In this document: piece after piece, positions 39,334-52,700 of the stretch | Position numbering within the stretch: the first letter of the stretch is position 1 | Layout: each line of letters begins with the position of its first letter | Notes under the pieces: generated by a model | Told to the model about the DNA's origin: nothing | Seen by the model: the letters and a program-made list of their open reading frames with translations, nothing else | The model's database searches: none | Source: Podarcis melisellensis | Taxonomy: Eukaryota | Assembly: GCA_964234715.1 (NCBI GenBank) | Contig: OZ174282.1 | DNA length: 64,000 bases | Direction: 5' to 3' (one strand) | Translations under genes and position numbers: made by a program

Positions 39334-40035
39334 TTATTTTTAAAATTAATTAGTTTAAAAGCCAGCCTAAATCAAATATTTTAAAAATGAAAGTTTAATT
39401 AGAAGAGAGACTTTGACGCAAGCTACCCACGTCCAAGTGACTGACAAGGCACTTCCAACAAAAAGTCATTGTCCAAATTGCCCAAAAAAATTCAGCCAAG
39501 GCCACAAAGGAAGCAGAGCACAAGGTAATGCAATAACAGCTTGGCAACCGTCTGGTGGAAGTCCCAGAGGGACCCTTAGCTGAGACTTCATGTGGCCAGA
39601 AGCCACAGGATTCTAGAAAATCTCACACTGATGAATCTCTCAGCAAAGGCAACACTTGCCTTGCCTATGTCTAAAAGGGTTCACATTTCATTTAAGTGCC
39701 AAGAACAACCCAACTAATTTGTTTGTGAGCACCTCACACTACTGCAACACTAATGAAGTAGTGGGTAAAGGCATGGTAGTCCCTTAGATGGCACAACAAT
39801 AATCCCTTGTAAAAGCAGATGGTGGGAGTAGATTACCCATACTTTTAAAACTTTGACGCTTACTCTCATCTCAGTACCTTCTCAACACCCATTAACTACT
39901 ATTAAGGCTGATTTCAGGCTTGAATGGGCTATTTAAAAAATAACTAGAATTTGGTTTTTAAACCTTACAAAATAATATTCAGGGTAAACACATTTAAATT
40001 AATGGACTGTTGTATTGGTGGTCTGCATGCAAAGA

Positions 40036-40420
40036 AAATGCATTGTATGTGGGACTGCTTTTGAAAGTGTCCAGCAGCTGTAGCTTGTTCAAAATGTGGC
40101 AGCCAGGTAGCTGATTAACCTCACTGTTGAAATTGCTGCACCAGCTCTCTTATTTGTTTCCAGGCTAACTGAATAGGCTGGTTATGTGTGACCTTTAAAG
40201 TCTTCTGATTTATGAGCAAGATATCTGAAGAACCTCCTTCTCTCCATATGTGAGCCTGCCTGGCTCATTAAGATCATCGACAGAGGGACCCTCTTGTCTG
40301 CTCCAAGTCCACATTTCTTTGTTGTTGTTGTGCCTAGACTCAGAACTCCCTGCCTAGGGAGCACTCATCAGCCTTCCGCTGCTGTGTCAATACCTTTTTC
40401 CAAGGATGGGTCGTACAGCT
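40036..40420 (+). mobile_element. Old L2-type LINE fragment
   Basis: NALYVGLLLK..LVQNVAAR similarity to the 28533 copy. Confidence 0.6.
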
Positions 40421-40472
40421 CTGCCTTATTAAACTCGTACAAATCTATTCCATTGTTATTGCTGCCGTTTTT

Positions 40473-40609
40473 TAGAATCACAGAGTTGGAGGGGACCCCA
40501 AAGATCATCTAGCCCAACACCCTGCAATGCAGGAATATGTAGCTGCCCTTTCAGGGATCAAACCTGCAACCGCAGCATTATTAGAGCCACACTCCCAACT
40601 GAGCTATTC
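40473..40609 (-). mobile_element. tRNA-derived SINE with CR1-like tail
   Basis: Reverse-complement relative of the 38002 copy. Confidence 0.7.
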
Positions 40610-41322
40610 TAAGTGGTTCATTGTTAATGGTGTTTTTTGTTTGTGGCATTTTATTATTCTGTTAACTGCCTTAGCCTGTACAAGGAAAGACAGACTATAA
40701 GATATACTTATATCCCACTGATTGCTCCCTACCATCTATTTACAGCAATAACTACTGTTTCAGAGACCTTAGAACTAGCTACTCTTCAAATATCTGCAAA
40801 TACTGTACTGGAAATTCCAACTGAAGTTCCTGTTCACCTTTTACTGGTCTCAAAGCCCTACCAGATCATTTAATTTAAGCATAGACCGGTCTTTGCCTGC
40901 TTGGTACCCTCAGATGTTTGGACTACAACTCCCATCAGCCCCAGCATTAGCACTGACACTCCTTCAGTAGGAGGAACAGAGTAGGCTCATGCAAGCAAGA
41001 AGACTGAAGTTGAAAAGTGTCCCCAGCACAGTTTTCACGGCTGTTACACTGAGCATAACTAATTATGCTTTTGCTTTTAGTAATGTCTTGCTCTGGCTTT
41101 CCTTTGCAAAGTCTTGCTATGAAACGAGATTTTTCATACATCTGAGCTAGAGGGAGGAATTTTTTTCCTCGGTCAGCATTTTCATTGTACAAGTCCACCT
41201 GGATTGGCTCCCTCCTACTAAGAACTGCAACATCTGTAACTGCTTTGAGATAAGCCATTTGCTTCATTTTTTAAAAAGTGAACAGAACTTTTAAAAAGAG
41301 CTCAGTTAGCAGGAATCCCAAA

Positions 41323-41457
41323 GGACTATGCTATGATAGTTCAGTTGGTAGAGCATGAGACAGGGTTAAAGCGCCAGAAAAGATTCCTGCATTGCAAGCA
41401 GCTGGATTACATGAGCCCCATGAGCCCTTCCAAATCTACAATTCAATATTCTATTAT
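41323..41457 (+). mobile_element. tRNA-derived SINE with CR1-like tail
   Basis: TAGTTCAGTTGGTAGAGCATG..AAAAGATTCCTGCATTGC..CCCTTCCAAATCT. Confidence 0.65.
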
Positions 41458-44039
41458 GGTTAGAATATCAGGAGATACAACAACATGGATGCCAAGCAGC
41501 TCCCTCCCTCCTGTCCCCTAATACTACCCCCTCACCAGTAAGATATACTTCTTGGCTTGACATTAGTTACATACATTTACTCTTACTGTGGTTTAAATAT
41601 GAACCCCATGGGTTCAGCACACAGCAGTTGTCAGTCAGTGGAACTGAAAGCATGCAAGTATACTATCTGGACTCCTTCCTTCAATCAACCCAGAGTCTTT
41701 GGCCAATGAGAAGCAGACCTGATCAACATCATAGTGCAGATCCAAGACAACCCCAGCACCCTGAACTACAAAGAATAATCATGCAGGAACCAACAGGCAG
41801 CTGAAGTCTACTAAACCTATTGGCAACCTACAGCATAATTGGAGAGCATGAATTGTGCAGAAAGAGACATACAAAGCAAACTATTCTAGATGGCCCAATC
41901 AAGCTAAACCAGTCACAGTGTTACGGGGAAAGAGAGAAAACCCAAAGTCATTAGCATCTACCGTAATTCTGCTAAAAAGATAGAAAAGCTGGCCATACCT
42001 TTCATGACTGGAGCTGCTTTTTCAAAATGATTTAGAAACATTAGCTAGTGGCAGCCTGCATGTTAGCAGGTATAGACAGATATTCACATGTAGATCCAGG
42101 TTCACATACATAACCTGTTTTGAAATATTAGCACTAGCTGTCAATTGGATTTAATCTGATTTTGTCAGAGAACATCTTCTCTCATACAAATCCACCAGTA
42201 CATAAGATATTCTAATGAATTCCACTGCACGAGGCTAACATCCACTAGAAGTAGGACCTCCCCTGTTGCAGACCCAATTTTGTGGATCCTCTACCAAGAA
42301 AACACCACAAAATATCTTCCCTGCTAACTAACCAACACTTTTGCTTCAACTGGCCTTTGATCATTATATGACTTTGCTCCTGTGCTGTCTTCATCTTGCT
42401 CATAGATTGCATTTTATGAGTTTCACTGTTATCCTAGTTTGTGAACTGCTTTTCAAAATACAAATATTATTTAATTGTGTATAAATGTTTAATAAATTTA
42501 AGCCAACACAAGGGGAAAGCCTCTTGCTGAGTTCTGCTGAGCACAGTAACCACAAATTTGTCAAGTAAGTAGCAGCTATGTCTTAACAAGTGGTTGCATA
42601 TCATGCCTGTCAGCTGCCATCTTACTGGAGAAACTGTCAATATATCTAACTAACTCAGAAATGACCAATCTTGTCCTGTTCAACACCTCTGCACAGCACA
42701 CTTTGTACAGAAGACAGTGGATCCATCAATCACTGAATAGCGCCCAAATAGTCATGACAACCTGCACCACACACTCAACAAAAGGTCCATGCAACTGCAT
42801 CCTCCAGCAAAAAAGGAGAGACATTAGTAGTCAATACTTTCACTTTGGAAGATACTTGGATTCTCAACTCATTCATTAGCTGGAATTGTGAGGATACACA
42901 ATCATATCACTATATTCCTCAAACAAAAACCCTCAAATCCAAACAACCACACATATCATTAAGATTTGTTGCGAGTTATAAAATCCCTGTGCATAGACAT
43001 ACTCAGTATTGCACTGTTCTGCCTGCTCAACCTTTGCAGCTTTCCTAATTGACTGCATTTTGAATTCCTTCTTCAAGAGCATGTGAAATTATTGTGGTCA
43101 GAATATCAATGTCATTAGTAAGCCAAAGGCAACGGTAACATTAACATTTGACAGGTTTGTTGTTCTGACCACAATGGCAGTAATGTTGAAAGTTATGGCA
43201 GTAATGTTGAAAGCATCTATGCACTTGTTCAGTTTGCAACATGTATTACTTTTGCATCAGTTTGCAGTAATACATGATGCACTCCCCCCCCCGTTGTCAT
43301 TTATATAATCAAAGTTTGAGGATCATCTTGCATACCTCACATCTTAGCCATCAAGCAATTGTGCTCTCCTCTTTACTGTTGGTGGCTGCATGTTTATACA
43401 TGAGAGCAATCTGTCTACAGTCAAGTATGATCTCCACCGTGCATCAAAGGTGAAAACATTCCCCCCCCCCCATTATTATAAGGTAGGTCTGGGAAAACTC
43501 CTGGTCTGAAATATTGCTGCTGCCAGTCAGTATGGACAAGACTGAGCTAGATCAAGGAGCTTCCTTTGTGACTTAACCTGCACATTTACCAAAGGTACTC
43601 TCATTTGGAAACTTGCTTAGATGGACACCAAAGTGCTTCTACAAATACAATACAGATGCTGGCATTTAATATATTCTCATTTGCCTTTTTAAAAAAAGAT
43701 GTCTTTTGAAAGTCTTTAAGAGCAAAATAATAGTGAAAAGGCCACAATGTCCATTTTGCATCTGGAGGCAGCAGCACAACACATGACAGCATATTGGGTT
43801 AGACATATTAATAGATCAAACAGTTCAAGAATTGCAAGCCAACACTCAAAAGTTTTTGACTGTGCACAGGCACACAAGGAATCACCAGGGGAAAAAGGGG
43901 GGGAAAAGCCCACCTTGTTTGTACCCGTTTTCCAGGTCCTGCATTCCACACTCTAATTCTAGCTGCCCTTTGCACCTACACTTTGAATTCGTTCTTCATG
44001 TATATGGGCAAACAGCATTATTCTACACATCATCATACT

Positions 44040-44305
44040 AGAGTCTATCCAAAGTCACAATGGGGCTTTGACATGATTTTCTTACTGTGCCAGCTGCAGG
44101 AAAAACGCTGAAAATAGAGATGCCCTTGTATATAGTCTTCATAGACCTGAAAAAGGTTTTGACCTCGTCAGCCAAAAAGGACTCTTCACACTGCTCAACA
44201 AGATAGGATGCCCACCTAAGCTTCAGAAGAAGATTGTGTCCTTCCACAAGAACATGAGCAGCACCATCCAATATGACTGCTCACTCTCAGACACCTTCCC
44301 TATAA
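44040..44305 (+). mobile_element. RTE-clade LINE reverse-transcriptase fragment
   Basis: RVYPKSQWGF, DMIFLLCQLQEK, PLYIVFIDLKK(AF)DLVSQKGLFTLLNKIGCPPKL..SFHKNM..SLSDTFPI, with stops and a frameshift. Confidence 0.85.
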
Positions 44306-44669
44306 AAGGTAAAGGTAAAGGTACCCCTGCCCGTACGGGCCAGTCTTGACAGACTCTGGGGTTGTGCGCCCATCTCACTTAAGAGGCCAGGGGCCAGCGC
44401 TGTCCGGAGACACTTCCGGGTCACGTGGCCAGCGTGACAAAGCTGCATCTGGTGAGCCAACGCAGCACACGGAAACGCCGTTTACCTTCCCGCCAGTAAG
44501 CGGTCCCTATTTATCTACTTGCACCTGGGGGTGCTTTCGAACTGCTAGGTTGGCAGGTGCTGGGACCGAGCAACGGGAGCGCACCCCGCCGCGGGGATTC
44601 GAACCACCGACCTTTCGATCGGCAAGCCCTAGGCACTGAGGCTTTAACCCACAGCGCCACCCGCGTCCC
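44306..44669 (-). mobile_element. Sauria SINE, full length, very young (copy A)
   Basis: tRNA-like head with B box GGTTCGAATCC, (ACCTTT)n tail; 13-bp TSD ACCTTCCCTATAA at 44293-44305 and 44670-44682. Confidence 0.93.
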
Positions 44670-45858
44670 ACCTTCCCTATAATAAGGCCTAAATTTTCAT
44701 ATTTTTCTTCCAACCAATGTTTACAGCAGATGAGCCCCCAAAACACACATTTGTCTGTAAATGCATGGGCTTATACCAGTACTATTAGAAATCTGTCATT
44801 TGACTGAGCATCACAGTATGGTTCAGATCATTGGTTTGGTTACACAGCTGCTAAACAGGGCCAGTGCAGGCTTACAGATATGGAGATAATCCAAACTAGC
44901 CCAGTAGTTGCCACATTCAAGCTTCTCAGTGAATATTCATTCCTTAATGGAAGGTTCAGCTGTGTCAATATTGGTTAATTGAAGACACAGATCAGTGAAC
45001 AATAAATTATAGCTCTGATGATGAGAAGGTAATGCAAAAGGGTAGAACAGTTTACAGCCTGGTTCCATTTATTCTCCCTAAGGCAAAAGGGCGCCAGGAT
45101 GCAATGCCACCCTGCAGAGTCACACACATACCCAAATAAATGTATTATGTCTCTTAACTTTATGAGAGAATCTCTCTTACTCTCTTTGGTGGAACTAAAG
45201 TTTAACACACATACAGTACACAAATGCAACATTTCATGCCATCTTTAAGCTGGACTCCTTGCTCCCCTCATCCTACATTCCAGAAATAGCTAATACAATT
45301 TTCTGCCTCCTGCCTCAGTGCTAACATAGAACTATGAACTGACTCAGAGAACAAAAGCAGCAGGACCTTTGCTCTCACACATATGAGGATTTCTCCACAA
45401 AGGACATTAACACAGCACAGGGCAGAATCAGAACACCCAGCAGTTATCCTACATGTAAATTAGGTGAGAATCTCCTCCCCATTCATCTCAGATAGCCTTT
45501 TCCTCCCTCTTTACATAATCACTACAAAATGAGTTATTTCCATATCATCTGGGCCCTTTTCAGCATTGCTTGTTTCCATTAAAATGTTTTCTATAAAACA
45601 ATATGTATTTAATTCTGAAAAGATCAGAAACTTTGGGTTTCACAAAAGTTGATACATAGACTTTAGGGACATCAAATACCAGGGAGATTTTTCTTTAAAC
45701 TAAAATGGAAACTTGCAAAGTATGCTCAACACCAGATCTGAGATAGGAGATACATATTTACTTGACACAAGACAGGCTAAGCATCTGCCAGCAAAAGCCT
45801 ACCCACTTAAGATCACCATGTGCCCAAAATTACTTGCTTCTTTGTTCTAGTTCAAATA

Positions 45859-46076
45859 CAGTGGCACCTTGGGTTACAGACACTTCAGGTTACAGAACCC
45901 AGAAATAGCACCTCGGGTTAAGAACTTTGCTTCAGGATGAGAACAAAAATCGTGCGGCAGCGGCATGGTGGCAGCAGGAGGCCCCATTAGCTAAAGTGGT
46001 ACCTCAGGTTAAGAACAGTTTCAGGTTAAGAACAGACCTCCAGAACAAATTAAGTTCTTAACCCGAGGTACCACTG
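45859..46076. mobile_element. Tc1/mariner (Tigger-like) MITE, subfamily 1
   Basis: TIRs CAGTGG(C/T)ACCT...AGGTACCACTG, flanking TA duplication. Confidence 0.85.
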
Positions 46077-46391
46077 TAAATGTTTTAATACCAGATCTAA
46101 CCTAAGAAAGAGAATAATGCATTGAGTCAAAGAGAAAACAGAGATCTACAAGAAATCCCTCAAGAAAGGTCTAGGCCTCTGCTCCACCTGCAAGGTCACA
46201 AAACAAAACTAATAGGCAAAACTATCAATTTGAAACTAAGTCCCCCCTAGCCTTAACTCTGCAACCTTAACTCAACTCTGTTGAGTAGAAGAGTACAGAA
46301 GGCAATGGTGAGAAAGGCAGGGAGGAAGAATAGGGGGACGAGAAGGAAGCAGCAGAGAGGGTCACGGGGTTGGGTAGAGTCATCGGGTACC

Positions 46392-46818
46392 ATGGAGGAC
46401 ATTAACTCCAATGTGAACCCGATGCCCAAGTGCAGGAGGTGGAGAAGCAGCTGGAGAAGCAGAGCAAGCAGCTCCACATCCACAGTGCCAGTGGAGCTCC
46501 AGGCGGCAGCCCTAAAAGGTTTCTTGGCTGACTTTGCTGCCATCCCCTGCCACCACCAGGAGCAACTGTCTGCTGCAGGGCTTGCCCAAACAAGGCCAGG
46601 CCCAAGCATCCTCTGTTGAGCGAAAACAGCACAACAGGAAGCAGCCTAGTGCCAGCAGACAATTCAGCAGTAGAGGGAGTCAAGGAGAATACAAGCCTCC
46701 TGGATGAAGTGGAGCCACTGGAGGCTGAGGAGCTGGAGCAGCTGGCCAGGTGAGGAGATTCACCTGGTTCACAGTACCAAAAGGTATGCCTCTTTTGTGC
46801 TGTGTAAGCCAGGTGATC
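46392..46818 (+). pseudogene. SLAIN2: Decayed SLAIN2-derived 5' fragment, antisense within GLG1 intron 1
   Basis: MEDINSNVN / frameshift / QEVEKQLEKQSKQLHIHS ... LLDEVEPLEAEELEQL versus recalled SLAIN2 MEDVNSNVN..QELVKKLEKQNEQLRSRS..LLDEVEPLRPDELERL; in-frame TGA at 46529-46531. Confidence 0.8.
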
Positions 46819-46825
46819 TATGGGA

Positions 46826-47016
46826 CACTGCTACCCCACAGATCAGCTGATTTGTGCAGCAGGCTTGCTGCTCTGCAGACCAACTGATTGCTCATGCCAG
46901 CCAGCCAGATGGAGATGTTAGGCACCAATCCTGGCACCCGGACATCTTCATTGCCTCACAAAAGGCCAGCTGCCTGTCTTAAAATGCAACTAGCACCTAG
47001 CTAATTTTGAACGCTG
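46826..47016 (-). mobile_element. End fragment of the same DNA-transposon-like family, abutting the SLAIN2 fragment
   Basis: CAGATCAGCTGA, TGGAGATGTTAGGCACCAA and TAATTTTGAACGCTG are reverse-complement matches to 35659-35750. Confidence 0.55.
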
Positions 47017-48277
47017 CTTATACCTTCAACATTCTCATTCTAGTTCTCTTGTGCTGTTGCTAAAACCACAAATATCCTACTCACCAACTCCAAGCCACAA
47101 TGTCAGGCAGGTGACAGCTACCATTTTTTAAACAGATACCCCGTAGCATTTGCACATACAAAAATAGTGGCAATGTTGGCAGCTTAAGAGTTTTCTTATT
47201 AAGCCATGTAAATTCTTCTAAGGAAATCTATAAAAATTTCTAAAGAAATTAATAAAGACACTCTGGGGACCCCTGCCATGACAAATCCCACTTTGCCAGA
47301 GTTACGATTGGGAAGAACATAGAGATCACTTCCAACCACAACCACCTATCCCAAGAAAGTGAATCAGCTTCACCACCAACACACTGAAGGCCATGAAGAC
47401 CAAGGACACAGAATGTTGAGAAACAACCTTTCTTATCCCACTTGTTCTCAGCCTGCATATGAATAATTTCTAACAGGCACAACTGTTCTAAGAAATCATG
47501 TGCACCTAGTAAAAGTTTGGTTAAGGAAGAACACTATTTCTCTGTACAATTCCTGCACAAAGGTGGAATCCAAATCCGTTACTTTTACTGCGTTTCCCTG
47601 AAGTATCTGTTCAGCTCAGATTCCGTGGAACCTGCAACATACTGAGGGGAAAAACAAGTACAATGAGTTTTCTAGAAGATTCATTCAGAGCATGAAAGCA
47701 AACACAGTTTTAACACAGTTCAAACTAGATAAGTGAAAAGGAATAGAACTGCCAGAGCATTCAAGGAACAGCAGTTAAAACACAAGCATGACTCATCACC
47801 ACAGCAATCTATTACTCTGTGGTTAGAGAGATGCAGGGGTGGGGATTATCTACCTTAACTAATCAAACTGCAGTGCAGGGGCCTAGAGAAGAAGACCACT
47901 CTAATCAGCTTCCCTTCCTCCAAAGGCTTAAGACACATCCTCAGAGTACATCAATCCCTATTTGCTTCAGTTCATGCTTCTTACTCAAGCTATACAAGTG
48001 TGAACATGAGAATCTTGTCCAGACTCTGCTGGAAATAGGTAAACTACCTGCTTACTACATTTTTATTAGCAACTACCCATTAATGAGCCTTAACTAATGA
48101 GTTAAACAGCTATACTAACTGCTTAATGACTGAAACTCTTCTAGTGACACTGCTGCAAATCTCCAGGCACCATCTGCTCACTTAAATTTTCATACTGACA
48201 GGAAGTTATCATGCCTGTCTTATTGCAAAAGGCACAGGCAAAAGAATATAGGCATTCAAAACATTTTACAATGACAC

Positions 48278-48331
48278 AACAGTTAAATATGATATCAATT
48301 CAAGAACAGTTAAACACGATATCAATTCAAG
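48278..48331. repeat. 27-bp tandem duplication
   Basis: AACAGTTAAAYAYGATATCAATTCAAG x2. Confidence 0.85.
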
Positions 48332-49569
48332 AACACCAGGCACACGTGCAAACACTTGCTGGAATCCCCTATTAAACATATACATACATAAAGTTTTCCA
48401 TGTAGCTTTTTTTAGACATACCATCTTGGCACAACAGCCAGGCTGGGATCAGCAGCCATTTGGCTCTACCTCCCACACCCCTGAACTGTCTCCTACATAC
48501 CACCTCTCTGCATGAAACTTCATTATGTACCATTATGAAAGCTCTGGCACTTGAATTTGCTTATTTTCTTCTTTCTTCCTCATTATTTTTCTTTTTTGTA
48601 TCATATTGGATCATAAGCCATTTTTAAAAAACTGTCAACTACTTTGAGTGGTTGGTTTAGCCATCCAACCCCAAACACTCACCAAGCTACAAAAGCAACA
48701 GTGGCAGGAAAATAAACCAAGCTCTGGAAAAGCGAGTCATGACTTGTTTGCTCATCTATGAGACAACTCTTAAACAAACTGTAACTTAGTGTTATGTAGG
48801 AAGGCAGTAACAACAGTCTTTGGTTTTTTTGTAATTAGCATAAGTATCCAACTCATTGATGCTTTTCTTTGTTATTCTTACAATGTTAATGCTTTAAAAG
48901 TCTTGATCAACACATAATTGGTTAGTTCACTAAAGCAGTCACATTCCAATTTGTAACAACATATGTAGGTTTACTTTTAAACCCAGAAAAGTTATTGCAA
49001 TATGCAAGAGGCATAATAGCACATTTTAGCACAGAGAAGAGTGGCAGGGGACAGAAGACAAAACTCTGCTAATTTATCATTAATGCAATGCTCTGCTCCT
49101 AATCTACCCAAGGACAGCAATCCTGTTGAGCACTGATGTTTTGTTACTCCATCCCCTTCTGGGATAAAGGTGGTATTTACAAGTCATCCACTCTACCCAT
49201 AACTTCATGGACACAAATGAAGTCAAGGGTTTCAGGCTCAGCAGGTTCATTAAACTAAGATCAAATAGTGACCTACAAATTGTTGTCATCAACAACTTTG
49301 TTACTGCAAATTACTTTAAGCTAAACTAACTGAGAATCACTGCAAAATATTCACCTTTTTTCTTGAAGTTACATGACACTTGCAAATTTTACTAACATTC
49401 TATTTTCACATTCACCTTTCATCAGTTCATTGTCCATCTGGTAACAAGACTTACACATATATGTCTATTCAGAAGTAAGTCTCGTTGAGGACTTACTGGG
49501 GCAGCAGTCGCCACACTTACCTGAATGAAGTGGGACCTAAAAGAAGGACCTGCCTTCTTTTAAGGGCAA

Positions 49570-49797
49570 GTGTATTATAATGGTTAGAGTGTTGAACTAT
49601 GACGTGGGAGACCAGAGTTCAAATCCCTACTCGGCCATGAATTTCATTGGGTGACCTTGGGCCAGTCACTGTATCTCAGTCTAACCTACCTCACAAATTG
49701 ATTGTGTGGATAAGTTGGGGAGGGAAAACTATGTGCACCACGAACTTCTTGGGGGAGAAAGGTGGGCTATAAAGCGTAATCAATAAAAAATAAAAAA
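49570..49797 (+). mobile_element. tRNA-derived CORE/MIR-like SINE (Squam3-like)
   Basis: A/B boxes, GGGTGACCTTGGGCCAGTCAC..CTAACCTACCTCACA core, A-rich tail; relatives near 52275-52495, 26850-27040(-) and 24620-24760(-). Confidence 0.7.
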
Positions 49798-52700
49798 ATG
49801 ATTTGAGCTTGTTTTATCTTTCTCTTTGGACAATTGTTTCTCAGTATAAATAAATATGTACAACTAATTTAAGACAAAACATGCCAGACTCAATGTTCAA
49901 GATGCTTTGCAGTCCAGAGGTACATGCCAATAGCATGGGTAATGTTTCTAATGGACTAATAAATTTTCTGGGCACTTTTCTGAAAGGTTCTGTTACTTAT
50001 TGACAGAAGTGGGCAAAAAAAGCACTCTGTTCCACAAGAAGATACAAGACAGCATCCAAGCAAAAGGCACACTGACCCAGCTCACACTTAACACTTTTTG
50101 GTCCGTGTTCTTGGAACAAGCAATGAGCAAGAGCATTCCTTCCCCCATCTCCTCCTCTCTCATTCCCAGCTGCAAAACAGAGTTTTTCTGGTTTGTTAAA
50201 ACCAGTCTTCCTGTTGCAATGTAATGGAGAAACTGTGATTTAACAAAACAGTCTCCACTGGAGGTTGTGATAAGGAAGCACTTATTTAAGTTTGTTGCTC
50301 TTTTCCACTCCAGCAAGCTATACTTTATTGGACCAGGAACATTACACCCGAACCCAGAGAACACTCTTTGATTACGTGGCTTATACATTTTCTAAATAAA
50401 CTAGGTCAGTATGTGGCAATCCAAATACTTCAAATTCCAGACAAAGCATGATCCTGCACACCACAGAATGGCAGCTCTATGAAGATAACAGATGTTGTCA
50501 AAACCAGTCTACACCCATCACAAATATTACACATATTAGGTTATCTGCTGAATTTAAAGCAACTTGACAGCTCTTAACACACACAAATCAGATAGCAGCA
50601 CGAGAAACGCTTAGCCTAAAAAACTGAACCCTCTGGGTGACATTCCAATTCAACAGAATTTGATGATGCGAACAGCGTTCGAAACTCCCATTGTTCTAGA
50701 TATGTTTTGCAAAATGGAATTTCATTAGCGTGAGCAATTTTTGAGCTCTGGGTGCAGTACTGCTCCTAAGATTTCAGATTAAAACTGCAGAGTAGAAAGA
50801 AAGGAGGACCTTTTTCTGCCTCCCCACTTCCAGCCACTCTCTAAAGACTGGAGAAGAGACCCTCTTAAGAATATTAGGGGGACAGGCAGGGGAAGCATGG
50901 CTTTGTTTTTTGCAGTCTTCAGATGAGGACTCGACCATGTGAAAAATGAATATAAGATTTTAGCTGCAGTTCATTCATTTTCAGCTTTGTACTGTTATTA
51001 AAAAAGTGTGCCTAGACATTCCGTTGTTGCGCCAAAAACCTAGGTTTAAGGTGCCATTTAGCTTCTAGCTTTCATATCTCAGTTTCTAACAGTGGATGCA
51101 AATGCATCTATACCTCCAGGCTCTAAATGGAATAGGCAAAAGGGAAGGACAGCCCTCCAAGGAATCCAAGCAGAAGTGTCACCTCTTGTCAAACAAGCAG
51201 TATCTTTATTCGCTCTAAAAGCTCTTGTAAACCATAGAAGAGGCAGTATCATCCAACAGAAATCAGAGCTATATCTCAATGTCCTGAATGAACTAATAGG
51301 CTTCTGCCATACCACTACATCTCCAACTCAAGTCTGCTTACATTAATTTCTCACTGCTACATTACCTATTGGATTTTTAACTGATGATACAAGACAAGAA
51401 AGTGAGAAAGGAATGTAACATTTTAAATGTTTTTATGTCATAGATAAAGGGTTCCTAGTCCCCACCCCTTAAATTAAGGGGTATGAAATTAAAATGATTA
51501 CAGCACAACCCAGTTGAAAGTCCCAGTTAGTTCAATGGGCCTTAGACACAGTCATGTATATACAGCATAGGATTGCTGTACAAATGATAAAATAATTTTG
51601 TACAATGTAGCACAGAGTGGGAACAATATAAACTGCAAAAATATGTTACTAAATTGAAGCTGCAATGTTTTACAAACTATGCACACCAATCTGGAGTAAG
51701 CATTACTGATTCAGTAGAATATACAGGTAAATCAGAAAATTGTAAATTTAAAAGAAAGGCAATTACTCAGATGTAGGAATCTGAAATCCCCAGTGTGATC
51801 ATGTGGATGTAGTAACTCCATGTGTCTAACAATATTCAAAACTTTTCAAGTACATTTTAGTAACCCATGCAACCATTCTTTAAGGAAGGTGAGTATATCT
51901 CTATATTGCAGGTGGCTGCTGGTGAGTGTGTGGACATCCCTATAATATAATCAACAAATCACAGTATTAATTTAGCAACAAAATTGTCTATTTAGCTAAA
52001 TTATGTACCCATTATCAGTACATAACATATTGTGACATACACGAGCAACCACTTTGACTCTGCACACCCCTCCAATGAAGGCTGCAGCACCCTCTAGAAG
52101 TTTTGACTGCGGAGAACTAGTGTTATGTCTGTGGCTAACGAAACTTTACTTCTTTGATACTGCTACATCTTAAAGCACATTCATTCAGAGAACTAAAGGG
52201 CACATCTGTACAATAAATACTCGACAAGTGTCAGCTACAATTAGTTAGGCATAATGACTAAGAGACTGAGCTATCAGTAATCAAATATCCCTAGTTCAAT
52301 TCTCTCCTCTGGAATAACCTCACTAGGTGGCCTTAAACAAGCCAGTCTCTCAGCCTTAGTCACCTACTTCACCCCCACCACCACACTCTAACTGCTTTAC
52401 AGAGGATAATAATACTGTAATATTACAAGGTTGTTGTAAGGATTACAAGTTAATAAATGTGAAGTGCTTTAAATACCTGAAAGCTCTACAAACATTGTAA
52501 GAAATAGGCCACAATCCAGAGAGGCATACACACCACATTCTGCATTATGCTTGTTCATGCTGAAGATATATTGACAATGAATGTCAACTCACAAAGTTCA
52601 GTTTGTGAACTGCACTCCAAGCAATGACACCAAGAGATAGGAAACCATCCAGACATAATTCATACTTGTTCAGGCACAGCACCTGCACACAGAGGGACAA

